From NCBI RefSeq assembly GCF_001194135.2, contig NC_068983.1, positions 44,638,026 to 44,702,025 of the forward strand: DNA of 64,000 nucleotides. The letters are read 5' to 3'. The number at the start of each line of letters is the position of its first letter. The first letter of the stretch is position 1. Positions 49,765 to 63,051 of the stretch are shown here, piece after piece. A model generated the notes under the pieces. That model searched no databases, was not told the origin of the DNA, and saw only the letters and a list, made by a program, of their open reading frames with translations. The position numbers were made by a program, and so were the translations under genes. This DNA comes from Octopus bimaculoides (Eukaryota).

Positions 49765-51732
49765 GTTATAGCACAGTTTATCAGAAACTGGGTCAGCTTA
49801 GATGAGATGCAGTTTGGTTTTATAGCCAGAAGATGTACCACGGATGAGACAACAACAGCAAAAATATGTAGAGTAAATCACTATATCTGGCAGTCATGGA
49901 CTTAGGGCATCAGAGTACATTTGAATAAGAGCTAGAATGTGTGAGTGAGTGTGTGTATGTGTGTGCGTGCATGTGTGTACATGTGCATATGTGTACACAT
50001 GAATATATATGTCCATCCTGATACCTCATCACTACTATAGTTTTTTTCCAGTTCCACCCTAGTCACCCCTACTCTCTCTTGCTTCTATAATGTGAGGAGT
50101 CACTGTGTAGCTCCCCTGCAGCAAGAAACCTGTTCTATTCTGGCGCTTTCTCATATTTTAACCCCTCATCTCCTAACATAAATCCACCTTTCTCTCTTTT
50201 GTAGCCATGTTCAGTCAAAGGGGATCAGGCAAGTCACGCAACCTCTCTAGTACTGGTGCCTCTCCACCCCCAAAAAAGCATCTGGTGCATGTTGTTAAAT
50301 GGTTAAGCATAAGGAAGGGCATTCAGCCATAGAAACCATACCAAAGAAGACACTGGAGCATGATGCAGTCTTGGGTGAAGACCCCATTCAGTCATGAATG
50401 ACATGGGAAGTTCCCCTCTGAAGCACAAGTCTGGGCATGGCTCTTTTACTCTTTTACTTGTTTCAGTCATTTTGACTGCGGCCATGCTGGAGCACCGCCT
50501 TTAGTCGAGCAAAACAGCCCCGGGACTTTTTCTTTGAAAGCCTAGTACTTATTCTATCGGTCTCTTTTGCCGAACTGCTATGGAAGACTAATAGTTGCCC
50601 ATATGTACCAGCCTTTCCTCTCCATGCCACTAATGTTATCCAAGGGAAAGGAAAATTCTGATGCAGCTTGGCGCCAGTGACAATGCAACTCGTTTCTACG
50701 GCCAAGTGAACTGAAGCAACATGAAACAAAGTGTCTAGCTCAAGAACACAACACACAGCCCGTTCCGGGAATCAAACTCGCTACCTCATGGTTGCGAGAG
50801 TGACTCTCTAACCACTGAGCCATGCACCTTGTCTTGACATCATGGTTGTAAATGAGCACCACTCTCATACAAGCAGTGCTGTTAGTTTCTAATATATGAA
50901 AAACATATCTGGCTATGGGGAAATATATACTTTGCTTGGAAACAAGTGGGGATTGGTGACAGGAAGGCACCCAATTATAGGAAATCTGCCCCAATAAATT
51001 CCATGTGACCCACACAAACATGAGAAGGTGGATGTTAAATGATGATGATGATATTTAATATGACAGACACCTGAAGAATGGCAGGGCTGGGATTATAATG
51101 GCTGAAACAAGGTAACAATAATAACGAAGGTGATGACATTTGTCTGAACACATCAGTTTATAATGAAGTATACTTATTTACAAGATGGTGCCAAATATAC
51201 AGGTCTCCCTTCTATGTGAAATACATGTATGATGAGTGTCTATATACATGTGAGTTTGTTTGTATAAGTTTGTGTGAACATTTGTGTGTGGGTGGGTGGG
51301 GGAAAGTGAGACCTTACTAACCAATAGATTATGATTACTCAATGTTGACTCAGCTGAAAAACAATTTGGTAGAAAGTACTTGCATTAAGGTCAAGTAGAT
51401 ATGAAACTCACCCCAATTTGCTGACTTGTTCAGCCCATATTTCTCATATATGAATGTGTGTGTAAAATTTGACAGTGAAGTTTTGCTAGTCCTATAGCTT
51501 ATTCACAGTTTGAATAAACCACAAACCCATTGAAGCTTTAAAGTTACTGTCAATTATAAGAAATAATAGACTCTACACACATTCTCTATTCAGTAAATGT
51601 TGTTTTTGTACATAAAAACAGTTGTTTTCAAAGTTTACCGTTTGCTCTGCTTTCATCTCCTTGTTGTGTTCTGTCTGTTCAACCCTTGATACACACACAC
51701 ACACACACACATATATCATACATATATAACAG

Positions 51733-51969
51733 GAATAACCACTAAGGTGGATTCCATAATATGCTAGAAGACAATACCAGATTGCCTTACCACGAAGAAT
51801 ATGTTCTCAAGAAATTTCAGCAAAGCGCAATGAAAAGATGTATCTTTTCATCTGTCTTGCTCATTTACATTCTGGCGTTTTGCTGAAATTTCTTGAGAAC
51901 ATATTCTTTGTGATAAGGCAATCTGGTGTCTTATTCAAGCATATTAGGAATCCACCTTGGTGGCTATTT
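51733..51969. mobile_element. Foldback MITE with about 95-bp inverted arms
   Basis: CCACTAAGGTGGATTCC...GAAATTTCAGCAAAGCGC pairs with GCGTTTTGCTGAAATTTC...GGAATCCACCTTGGTGG. Confidence 0.8.
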
Positions 51970-52104
51970 CTCTTATTTATATATGTAATATAATTCATAA
52001 TCTTCAGATATTTTTAAGTATGCTAGGCCACTTGTTTAAATTGATATTAATTTATAGTATTAATTTCTACCCTCATTATTTAACTTTTATATATATATAT
52101 ATAT

Positions 52105-52105
<1 letters not shown>

Positions 52106-52139
<34 letters not shown>

Positions 52140-52685
52140 ATAAATGTCTGTTGTCCGTGCTGGCAAGGGTTGGACAGTTTGACTGGGCTGGCATGCTGGA
52201 GGGCTGCGCCAGCCTCCAGTCTGATTTGGCATGGTTTTCTATGGCTGAGAGTGTAATAGGGCTTATATGTGCCACTGGCACAGAAGCCATTTGTGTGACA
52301 CTTGTATCTGTCACAAATGTGATTTTGCTTGACTTAATGGGTCTTGTCAAGCATGACATAATGCCAAAGGTCTCAGTCATTGCCTCCGTGAGGCCCAACG
52401 TTCAAATGTTGATTTTTTTTTTTGTACATTCCACCAGCATGGGTGCACTTGGCTTGATAGGTCCTCTTAAGCAGAGCACATCGGCAAAGGTTTTGGTCAC
52501 TAGTCATTGCCTCTGTAAGGTTCGAAGGTCATGCTTCACTACCTCGTCCCATATCTTCCTGGGTCTACCTCTACCACAGGTTCCCTTCACAGTTAGAGAT
52601 CAGTACTTCTTTACACAGCTGTCCTTATCCATACACATCACATGACCATACCAGCGCAGTCGTCTCTCTTGCACACCACATTTGA
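52106..52685 (-). mobile_element. RTE LINE 3' end with ORF2 tail, 3'UTR and (ATG)n
   Basis: KCGVQERRLRWYGHVMCMDKDSCVKKY.SLTVKGTCGRGRPRKIWDEVVKHDLRTL followed by family B-like UTR. Confidence 0.85.
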
Positions 52686-52897
52686 GATTTGAACTCAGAA
52701 CACTATAATTTGGATCAAATTCCACAAGACCGTCTATTTAATTATCTAATGACTATTTACTATCTAAATAGTTGATACAGCCTCAGACATGGCTGTGTGG
52801 TCAAGAAGTTTGCTTATCCACTGCATTGTTTTGGATTCAGACCAACTGCATGGGTGCATGGCATCTTGGGCATGATGGAAACCAAAAGAAGTTTTAA

Positions 52898-53115
52898 CCC
52901 TTTCGTGACCAACCTGGCTGAAACCGGCTCTGGCTCTGAGTACAAATGTCTTGTTTTCATAAGTTTTGAATTAAAATCTGCCACCAAACTTTAATCACAA
53001 TTTATGTTCCTAACACTAGCTTAATGATAACTAAGTTATTTTACTAAATTCTTTGTTATATTTAAAGTAATTGAAAGAAATACAGCATCTTAAAATAAAC
53101 ACAGTAACGAAAGGG
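52898..53115. mobile_element. piggyBac-type MITE
   Basis: TTAA on both sides; TIRs CCCTTTCGTGAC / GTAACGAAAGGG. Confidence 0.85.
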
Positions 53116-53989
53116 TTAAACAATGATGGTGATGGTGATGATGGTTGACAACATTTTAAACAGAAATTTATATTGATCTGCAATAATACAAAAGAAATTG
53201 TGTAAAGACTTACTCGAATATCTTTTATGCCAGATATCTTATGAATGTAGGAAACTCATAAGTCTCTTGTTCAACAGTGCAGTTAGAATAGGATTTGGTT
53301 TTAGTATTTCTCAGTTGAAAAATAATACCCCAATATTTTTATCTACCACAAGCAAAGAAAGATTTACTGTCTTAGGAGTTAACTGAAACTTTCTATCAAT
53401 GTTGTCATGAGCTGTCTATTGATCTCACTGTGTCTTGTAGTTTTAGATTATGCAACTGATTAAATTATTGGCAGTAACTTATATCCCAACGTCAACAGTG
53501 TTGAGTTATCAATAATGTCAAAAACCCATTGTTGTTTGTGTGGTGTGTAATTGTTACAGTGTTTTGGTTTATAGGAAAAACATGATTCATTGATTTGTAC
53601 AACCATTCTAGATTTCTCAACCCTCTTTGGATTATATATGAATTTACACATACAAACATATATGTATATGGTCTTGTGGTCAAGATGTTTGCTTTGTATT
53701 CACATGGTTTCTGATTCAGTCTCACTGTGTGGTACCTTGGGCAATTGTCTTCTATTGTAGCTTGACCAATATCATGGAAGGGAAATTTACTTGACAGAAG
53801 CATGTTGTATGCATATAAAACAAAACGCACCACCCAGTCTAGGAATTGAAATCATGATCAATGAGTCGTGAATTTATATATATATATATGTATATGGGAG
53901 AATGTACGAAAAAAAACAACAACAGACGAGGACAGGTGGTGTAAACAACAAAAGGATGTATTAGTATGACGCTCGGGAATACGGGAAGT

Positions 53990-54024
53990 CTTCAGCGTTT
54001 CGAGCTACGCTCTTCAACAGAAAG
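53990..54024 (-). ncRNA. Variant minimal hammerhead motif in a Penelope-type fragment
   Basis: Minus strand CUUU-CUGUUGA-A-GAGC-gua-GCUC-GAAAC-GCU-GAAG; cleavage triplet mutated. Confidence 0.45.
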
Positions 54025-54728
54025 AATACGGAGAAAACAAGGAGAAAAGCACGGAGAAAAAAAATGAATGGTGTTTGGTCAACGATCTATCATTGCTTCT
54101 GCTGACCGGAAGTTTGGAAAATTTACACAGGAGAGCTAAGAAAAGGGGGAGATAACAAAGGGGGAGAAAGAACGGTGATCGAAGAACGAGGGGCTGTGTG
54201 TGTGAGAGAGAGAATGCTGGTGATCTTGAAGTATGCNNNNNNNNNNNNNNNNNNNNNNNNNNNNNNNNNNNNNNNNNNNNNNNNNNNNNNNNNNNNNNNN
54301 NNNNNNNNNNNNNNNNNNNNNNNNNNNNNNNNNNNNNNNNNNNNNNNNNNNNNNNNNNNNNNNNNNNNNNNNNNNNNNNNNNNNNNNNNNNNNNNNNNNN
54401 NNNNNNNNNNNNNNNNNNNNNNNNNNNNNNNNNNNNNNNNNNNNNNNNNNNNNNNNNNNNNNNNNNNNNNNNNNNNNNNNNNNNNNNNNNNNNNNNNNNN
54501 NNNNNNNNNNNNNNNNNNNNNNNNNNNNNNNNNNNNNNNNNNNNNNNNNNNNNNNNNNNNNNNNNNNNNNNNNNNNNNNNNNNNNNNNNNNNNNNNNNNN
54601 NNNNNNNNNNNNNNNNNNNNNNNNNNNNNNNNNNNNNNNNNNNNNNNNNNNNNNNNNNNNNNNNNNNNNNNNNNNNNNNNNNNNNNNNNNNNNNNNNNNN
54701 NNNNNNNNNNNNNNNNNNNNNNNNNNNN

Positions 54729-54787
<59 letters not shown>

Positions 54788-56084
54788 TACAAACATACAT
54801 ACATACATACATACATATGTATGTACGTGTACAGACTAAGTAGTACTTTTACCTCTTCAAAAGTAATTTGCTTTAGCCCACATCTGTAATGAAAGTTTTT
54901 TCTCTAAGTATGGGGGTGAAGACAAACAAACTATAAACAGAACAAAAAGTCAAAATCTTTACAAATGATTTCATACTCTTTATATTTGGCACAGTTTTTC
55001 ACATCCCATTTCTACTCATAACTTTTAATACAAAATGTTTTGTCCAGTTCATAGTTATCACATAAGCCCTTTACATAAATAAAAAAAAGTCATGCTGCTA
55101 TAAAGTTAATTACCAAAATGTTATTTTATTTTGTGTTTTCATACATAAAGTGAGCAATCCATTTTCATGTATGTTACAATTTATTGGTCTTTCTGTTGAT
55201 TGAAATTATTCAACTTAAACTGAATTTACTGGAAGGAAATAGTTTATATATTCAACTTGGGGAAAACTACCACCAAAGGAGAATTACTGTATTTGATGGC
55301 ATAAAAGACATTAAATATTTCTTGAAAATGTGAAGGAGTTTGATCATACTCGTAGACCTTTATCAATAACATTCTTGCATTCTGTCAGTTATGACGACGA
55401 GTGTTCTAGTTGATCTGATGAACCAAATAGCCTATTTGTGAAATTCATGTGCAAGTGGCTGAGCACTCCACAGACATGCATGCATATCCTTAACATACTT
55501 CTCAGAGATTCAGCATGACACAGAATACGACAATGCTGGCCCATTGAGCTTCAGGTACATCTCATTTTTGCTAGCTGAGTGGATTGGAGCAATGTGAAAT
55601 AAAGTGTCTTGCTCAAGGACACATTGTGCTGCTGGGTATTGAACTCACAACCTCATGATTGTGAACTGAATCTGCTAACCACTAAATCGAGTAGTGCTAC
55701 CTTAAGGCATAAGCACAGCAGGAGCACAGCAAAGGGCCCCCACAAGTATAGGAGCTTATTTCTGATCCATGTATTCTATGGCTTCTATACTTTAGGGCTC
55801 AGAGCATTGATTTGCCTGGGGGCCTACATTGCTACTAAGACAGCTCCAGCCTTCTTTTAAATCTTGGATTGGTAGTCTACTATCAGGTTGCACCATTACT
55901 GTGTGCTAGGGAAGCTCCTTCTGCCCATCATTGTATCAACCCTTGTATGCCCCAAGATTCAGTTTGTCTTCATCCTCTCCACTGTCTGCAATACTTCAGT
56001 TACTTATAAGTTGTTTCATCCAACAGCACCCACTCTTACGCAATAACATTACCCTTCATTCCTCCCAAACATTCAATCGCTGGC

Positions 56085-56523
56085 ATCCGTGCTAGTGGAG
56101 CACTAAGAGCACCATCTGAGCATGATTGTTGCCTGAGCAGCTGACTGGCTTCCATGCCAGTGGCACGAAAAAAGCACTATTCGAGCGTGATCGTTACCAG
56201 CGTTTCCTTACTGGCACGTGAAAAAACATTTGAGCGAGGTTGTTGCCAGTGCCACTAGACTGGCTTCTGTGCAGGTGGCATGTAAAAAACACCAATTGAG
56301 CATGGCCGTTGCCAGTACCACCTGACTGTCCCTTGTGCCAGTGGCACTTAAAAGCACCCGCTACACTCTCTGAGTGGTTGGCATTAGGGAGGGCATCCAG
56401 CTGTAGAAACTCTGCCAGATCAGATTGGAGCCTGGTGCAGCCATCTGGTTCACCAGTCCTCAGTCAAATCGTCCAACCCATGCCAGCATGGAAAGCGGAT
56501 GTTAAACGATGATGATGATGATG
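56085..56523 (+). mobile_element. Family B repeat, long copy
   Basis: Internal GTGCCAGTGGCACG subrepeats and (ATG)n tail. Confidence 0.85.
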
Positions 56524-56784
56524 AACTGTTACCGAATGTCTCTCTTTGAGAGATTTAGTAATAATATTTCTGTTAGAATTTCAGTATGAAATGTAGAATG
56601 TATTTGATTTAACTAAAACCAACTATTCCATTAAAAACTGGCAAATGGGTTTTTCAGAGCAGTTGAGTGTGAGTAAACTTTAAACAGCATCAAGATTAAA
56701 TGCTAAATTGCCGGTCAACAACCGCCTTTGAAAAGACAAAAACATTGTGAATAAAATGAACTTATTGTGAACTACGGACCTAAT

Positions 56785-56865
56785 GACGTTATGCACTAAA
56801 CCTCTTAAATTTAGAATGATAGACTCATTATCATTCTAAATTTAAGAGGTTTAGTGCATAACGTC
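56785..56865. repeat. Perfect 37-bp inverted repeat with 7-nt loop
   Basis: GACGTTATGCACTAAACCTCTTAAATTTAGAATGATA-gactcat-TATCATTCTAAATTTAAGAGGTTTAGTGCATAACGTC. Confidence 0.95.
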
Positions 56866-58467
56866 TCATCTTAGAAATCCTTTTGAAGTTTTATCAATGT
56901 TTACATATTTCTAATATAAATTTTGTGAGTGATAAGTACTTTATCATCATCATCATCATAATCATTATTTTAACATCCACTCTTCTATGCTTGCATGGGT
57001 CAAATAGAATTCATTGACGCAGATTTTTCTATGGTTGGATGCACTTCCTGTTACCAGTTTTCACTTGTTTCCAAGCATGGTAATTTTTGTCATGGCCTGA
57101 CATGTTATCACAGAAGATTGGAAATGAATACACTGCCTGTATGAACATGTTACTCATTTACAAATACCATGTAATGTCAAGACAAGGAGATGCACACACA
57201 CACACACGTGTGTGTGTGTGTGTGATGGTGAGTAGGGTGGTTTTTGGACACTGTGGTATGAAAAATGAAACCTGTCAAAGGGCAAATGAACTCAGGAGAG
57301 TCAAAAGTCTTCCAATTACATGATATATACATGTGTGTGTGTGTGTAGACCTAAAACTTTCTGGTTTGGTACTGAGGTATGCATTTAACTTACAAGGGTG
57401 AGTTGGGGGCTATAAATGAGAGAAAGAGAGTGAATTAGTGAGTGAGTGGAGAAAGTTAAGTTGAAAATTGAGTTGATGACCACGATACATATATCATCAT
57501 TTCTGTGCTTGCATGAGTTGGATGGAATTTTTTGAGGCAGACTTTCTACGGCTGGATGCCCTTCCTGTCGTAAATCTCACCTGTTTCCGAGCAAGGTAAT
57601 ATTTCCACATAGCCAAATGTCTCAGAAAATCGGAAATGGACACCACTTGTATGATGCTGACACTCACAACTATCATCCAGTGTCATGGCAAGAAGACAAT
57701 AATATGCACACACTTATACACACACACACACACACATATATGAGCAAGTGGACAAATGAAAGTACACTCATCACATTCAGTAGGAGTTACATGTATTATT
57801 TAAAACAGTTTGATTTGGTTCCATGTGACTCAAAGTTTCCCAGGCCTCCAACAGAAGCCCGTCTCCTTCAGGCTTAGATTATCGAATCTAATGGCTGAAA
57901 GAGATGGGCTTCTGTTAGGGGCTTGAGAAACTTTAAGTCACATGGAGCCAAATCAAACTGATTTGAATAATGTATGTATGTATGTGTTTGTGTTTGTCTC
58001 CCACCACTGCTAGACAGCTGGTGTTGGTTTGTTTACATCTCCGCAACTTAGCAGTATGAGAATAAGACAGCAAAAGAATAAGTACCAGGCTGAAAAAGAA
58101 ATTCTTATGGAGGTTGAGTTGTTTGACTAAACCCTTGAAGGTGGTGCTACAGCATGGCCACAGTCTACCGACCGAAACAAATTTGATAAGAGATAAGATA
58201 CACATAAGATAAACTATATACCTTGGTGATTTATATCGTTCATATTACAAAATGATCAGGTAGATGACCTGTTGATAGGGGAGGAAGACCTATGAATAAT
58301 CCAAGATTATTTCTCATCCAACCTCTACGTGCTCATTCAACCTGCCAGAAATAACAATGATATTGCCTCATGATATTGAAACATAGGGTTTGTAGGACAA
58401 GATAGTTTCCTATATGTAAAAAAGATAGCATGATAATGACTAGAATATGTTTGATCATAGACATAAT

Positions 58468-58763
58468 CAGTGGCGGACTGGGTCTAAAAATATTGGTTGT
58501 CAGGAGACTAAAGGGGCCCACCCGCAACTACGATGCTATCATTTAATTTTTTTTGTTAGAAGTATTCTTTTCAACTTCCTACAAACACAGCTAGGCTGAA
58601 ATAATTAATGCATTCTTCCAGGAGTAAATAAAAAAATTCTCAAACTTAAGGGGATTGGCTCCTTAGATACTAACATTGCCCCCCCCCCCCCATATATGGA
58701 TTCTAATGGTGCAGGGGCGTACTTGCCGTCGGGCAAGCTGGGAACCTAGCCAGTCTGCCACTG
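58468..58763. mobile_element. hAT (Tip100-like) MITE
   Basis: TIRs CAGTGGCGGACTGG / CCAGTCTGCCACTG; TSD GACATAAT / GACCTAAT. Confidence 0.85.
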
Positions 58764-58989
58764 GACCTAATACACCTTGAAAAATAGGGCTTATAGGACA
58801 AGGTAGTTTCCTATATGTGAAAAAGATAAGCTGGTAGTGACTAGAATATATTTGATTATAAGCCTACATATTTAACATTCATTGCTGAGGCCAAAGCACA
58901 ACTAGGTTATTTTCTGAGTGAGTGACTGTCTGTCTATCGTTTCTCTTTCTCCATATGTTGAACTGTTAATCCTTACACATATTTTTTCT

Positions 58990-59165
58990 CTCTCTGTTTT
59001 GTTTCATTTTCTCAATCCTTTCTGTTGAGTTTCATTTTCTCAATCCTTTCTGTTGAAGAGTGTATGCTCGAAACATCAAAGACTTTTCCATTCTTCCCGA
59101 GTGTCAAACTAACCTGTTATTGTTCCCTCACCTGTCTTTATCTTTTGTTTTCTGTAAATTTGAAC
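58990..59165 (+). mobile_element. Penelope-type fragment with decayed variant hammerhead
   Basis: CUUU-CUGUUGA-A-GAGU-guau-GCUC-GAAAC-AUC-AAAG at about 59046-59081; 28-bp tandem duplication at 59001-59056. Confidence 0.55.
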
Positions 59166-59166
59166 T

Positions 59167-59197
<31 letters not shown>

Positions 59198-59198
<1 letters not shown>

Positions 59199-59500
59199 TA
59201 GTAAAGGTACCCGGCGTTGCCCGTGTTACATTGAATTGGAGAATTAGACTTTTCTTTTATATTTTCTCTAATGAACTGGAATACCTAGGATTTGAATTTC
59301 ATCAAAATTGGATATTAAGAATTATAATGAGGGTTCTTTCCCTCTTTACACACACTAACAAAAATTCTAATCATGACATATCTATCCCATACTACTCATC
59401 TTTATGCCCAGATACCAAAATCCAAATCTTATGAAACCTATTCAAAAGTTTTTGCTCCTGAAAAATGGAGCACATGGAGCTCTAAAATGTGAGAGTTAAG
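59198..59500 (-). mobile_element. Helitron 3' portion
   Basis: Minus strand ACGGGCAACGCCGGGT-accttta-CTAG|T, the same hairpin as the 230-320 element; 5' limit uncertain. Confidence 0.65.
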
Positions 59501-60647
59501 GCCCCTATTGGGTAGTGGGGTTAAAGTCAACCAGAGAAGTTGAATTGTTAGGAATCTTTATTAACTTTTGTCTTATATCTGTTGTTCTTTGAAATCAGAA
59601 ATATATGAATATTCACTGGGTTTGTAAAAGAGAGCAAAGCTACAGGAAACCTATATATANNNNNNNNNNNNNNNNNNNNNNNNNNNNNNNNNNNNNNNNN
59701 NNNNNNNNNNNNNNNNNNNNNNNNNNNNNNNNNNNNNNNNNNNNNNNNNNNNNNNNNNNNNNNNNNNNNNNNNNNNNNNNNNNNNNNNNNNNNNNNNNNN
59801 NNNNNNNNNNNNNNNNNNNNNNNNNNNNNNNNNNNNNNNNNNNNNNNNNNNNNNNNNNNNNNNNNNNNNNNNNNNNNNNNNNNNNNNNNNNNNNNNNNNN
59901 NNNNNNNNNNNNNNNNNNNNNNNNNNNNNNNNNNNNNNNNNNNNNNNNNNNNNNNNNNNNNNNNNNNNNNNNNNNNNNNNNNNNNNNNNNNNNNNNNNNN
60001 NNNNNNNNNNNNNNNNNNNNNNNNNNNNNNNNNNNNNNNNNNNNNNNNNNNNNNNNNNNNNNNNNNNNNNNNNNNNNNNNNNNNNNNNNNNNNNNNNNNN
60101 NNNNNNNNNNNNNNNNNNNNNNNNNNNNNNNNNNNNNNNNNNNNNNNNNNNNNNNNNNNNNNNNNNNNNNNNNNNNNNNNNNNNNNNNNNNNNNNNNNNN
60201 NNNNNNNNNNNNNNNNNNNNNNNNNNNNNNNNNNNNNNNNNNNNNNNNNNNNNNNNNNNNNNNNNNNNNNNNNNNNNNNNNNNNNNNNNNNNNNNNNNNN
60301 NNNNNNNNNNNNNNNNNNNNNNNNNNNNNNNNNNNNNNNNNNNNNNNNNNNNNNNNNNNNNNNNNNNNNNNNNNNNNNNNNNNNNNNNNNNNNNNNNNNN
60401 NNNNNNNNNNNNNNNNNNNNNNNNNNNNNNNNNNNNNNNNNNNNNNNNNNNNNNNNNNNNNNNNNATATAAAGTCATAAATGACAGAGAAAAGAAAAATC
60501 TAATATCATGACAGATTGTTTTGTAACTTAAAAACATGGAAATAATTTATATTGTGTTTAATAATAAATAAATTACTTACATGTCTGCATTAATGTAAGA
60601 TGCAAAAAAAATCCTTCAAAATACAGCAGAATTTATATATGTGCTAA

Positions 60648-61010
60648 TCATCATCATCATCATTTAACATCTGTTTTCCATGCTGGCATGGGTTGGATGG
60701 TTTGACTGAGGTCTGGAAAGCCAGCAGCTGCACCAGGCTCCAGTCTGATCTGGCAATGCTTCTACAGCTGGATGCTCTTCCTAATGCCAACCACTCCGAG
60801 AGTGTAGTGAGTGCTTTTTATGTGCCACCGGTACAGTAGCCAGTCAGTCGGCCCTGGCATCGTTCACATTCGGCTGGTGCTTTTCACATGCCACCCGGAA
60901 CAGGAGCCAGTCAGGAAGCACTGGCATCGGCCACGTTTGGATGGTGCTTTTTATGTGCCACTGGCACAGGAGCTGCTCAGGTGGGCCTGGCATCGATCAC
61001 ATTCGGATAG
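60648..61010 (-). mobile_element. Family B repeat
   Basis: (CAT)n tail and consensus body. Confidence 0.85.
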
Positions 61011-63004
61011 TGCGTCGATATATATTATATAACTAACAAGAATATGAAACTGCTATAAACAAATGGAAATAACATCTCACTTACCTCAGTTGTCTTATCT
61101 GAGGTACACACACACACATGCATACACTTTTCAACCTTTTACTTGTTTTAGTCATTAGATAGCAGCCATGCTGGGGCCTTCAAGGATTTTAGTTGAATGA
61201 ATCGACTCTGGGACTTATTCTGTTGGCCCCTTTTGCCAAACCACTAAGTTATGGGGACATTAACACACCAACACTGTGATGGAGGACAGACACACACACA
61301 CACACACACACACACAATTATATGACAAACTTTCTGTTTCTGTCTAATAAATCTACTATTCACAATGCTCTGGTCAGCCCAAGATTGTCCATGGTGTCAT
61401 GCAGTGAGACTGAACCTGGAATCTTGTGGTTGGGAAGCAAACTTCTTGCCTATATATATATATATATATATATATCATCATCATCATTTAACATCCTTTT
61501 TCCATGTTGGCATGGGTTGACTGCTTTGACAGGAGCTGGCTGACACAAGACTGCACCAGGCTTCACTGGCTGTTTTGGTATGTTTTTTTTATGGACGGAT
61601 GCCCTTCCTAACACCAACCAAAATATGATCATTTAAAATTTGAATATATTTTCTTGGCAGTTTGTGGATTTAAAATAATTCAGTATTATGTTCAGAGATG
61701 ATAAAACATCCTTGATAATTCAAGAATAATAGACTTTCAAGTTCACACCATGTTCATCTAAGTGGATAATTAACCTTTTCAGGAACCTCACCCTGAGTGG
61801 GAACATGCAGTTATTAAGAATTGGTTTCTTGAACAAGCTTTTTCTTTCTTTGCCTGTTTGGCCTTGGTTGGTTGGTTGGTTTCTCCCTTGGGCAGTTTCA
61901 GCAGCATATAAGAGAAGACTCTTGCCAGCTCCCTTGCTTAACTCTTCACCATTTCTGAAGAAAGGCTAGTCATGAGTTGTCCTTTTTTTCCATTCCTTGC
62001 AGTAGAGATTCTGAGAGAGAGAGAAATTGATTCCAGTACTTGGTCAGTATTTTATATATCAACCATAGAAAGATAAAAAATAAAGTTAACCAGATCCAGA
62101 CTTGAATGCAGATAGCTAGAACAAACATAACGAGGCATTTTATCTGGTGTCTAAATGACTGAATCTACTGCCCTTTTTAGAATCTTGTTTTAATATTCAC
62201 TGGAATTATCTAATTCTTTACTTTTAAACTTTTATCATTGTTTTGAGTGGCTGTGTTGTAAGTAGTTTGCTTACCAACCACATGGTTCCGGGTTCAGTCC
62301 CACTGCGTGACACCTTGGGCGAGTGTCTTCTACTAAAGTCTCGGGCTGACCAAAGCTTTGTGACTGGATTTGTTAGACGGAAACTGAAAGAAGCCTATCA
62401 TATGTGTGTGTGTGTGTGTGTATGTGTTTATGCCCCCACCATTGCTTGACAACCGATGTTGGTGTGTTTACCTCCTTGTAAACTTAGGAGCTCAGCAAAA
62501 GAGATGGATAGAATAAGTACTAGGCTTTCAAAGAATAAGTCCTGGGGTTGATTTGTNNNNNNNNNNNNNNNNNNNNNNNNNNNNNNNNNNNNNNNNNNNN
62601 NNNNNNNNNNNNNNNNNNNNNNNNNNNNNNNNNNNNNNNNNNNNNNNNNNNNNNNNTATATATATATATATATACACACACACAACAGGCTTCCACACAG
62701 TTTCCACCTATCAGATTCACTTATAAGGTATTGGTCAGCGAGGTACTATGCAATGGAACTGAACCCAGAACCATGTGATTGCAAAATGAGCTTAACTTCA
62801 TGTCTATTCCTAATATATTACATCTTGTGAGGCTGACATATATGTAATAGATAGGTGCAGCTTGCTTCTCAACCACATGGTTCCAGGTTCAGTTTCATTT
62901 TGTGGTACTTTGGGCAAGTGTCTTCTATTATATCCTTGGGCTTGCAAGGCCTTATGAGTGGATTTGGTAGACAGAAACTGAAATAAGCCTGTCGAACATG
63001 CGCG

Positions 63005-63051
<47 letters not shown>

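Noticed and set aside
8370-62778. Long track ORFs containing X runs (for example 37256, 39075, 54014, 59548)
   Set aside because: They are open only because they cross assembly gaps (about 8427-8878, 22834-22890, 31371-31671, 37513-38000, 39292-39982, 41347-41661, 54237-54728, 59660-60467, 62557-62656).
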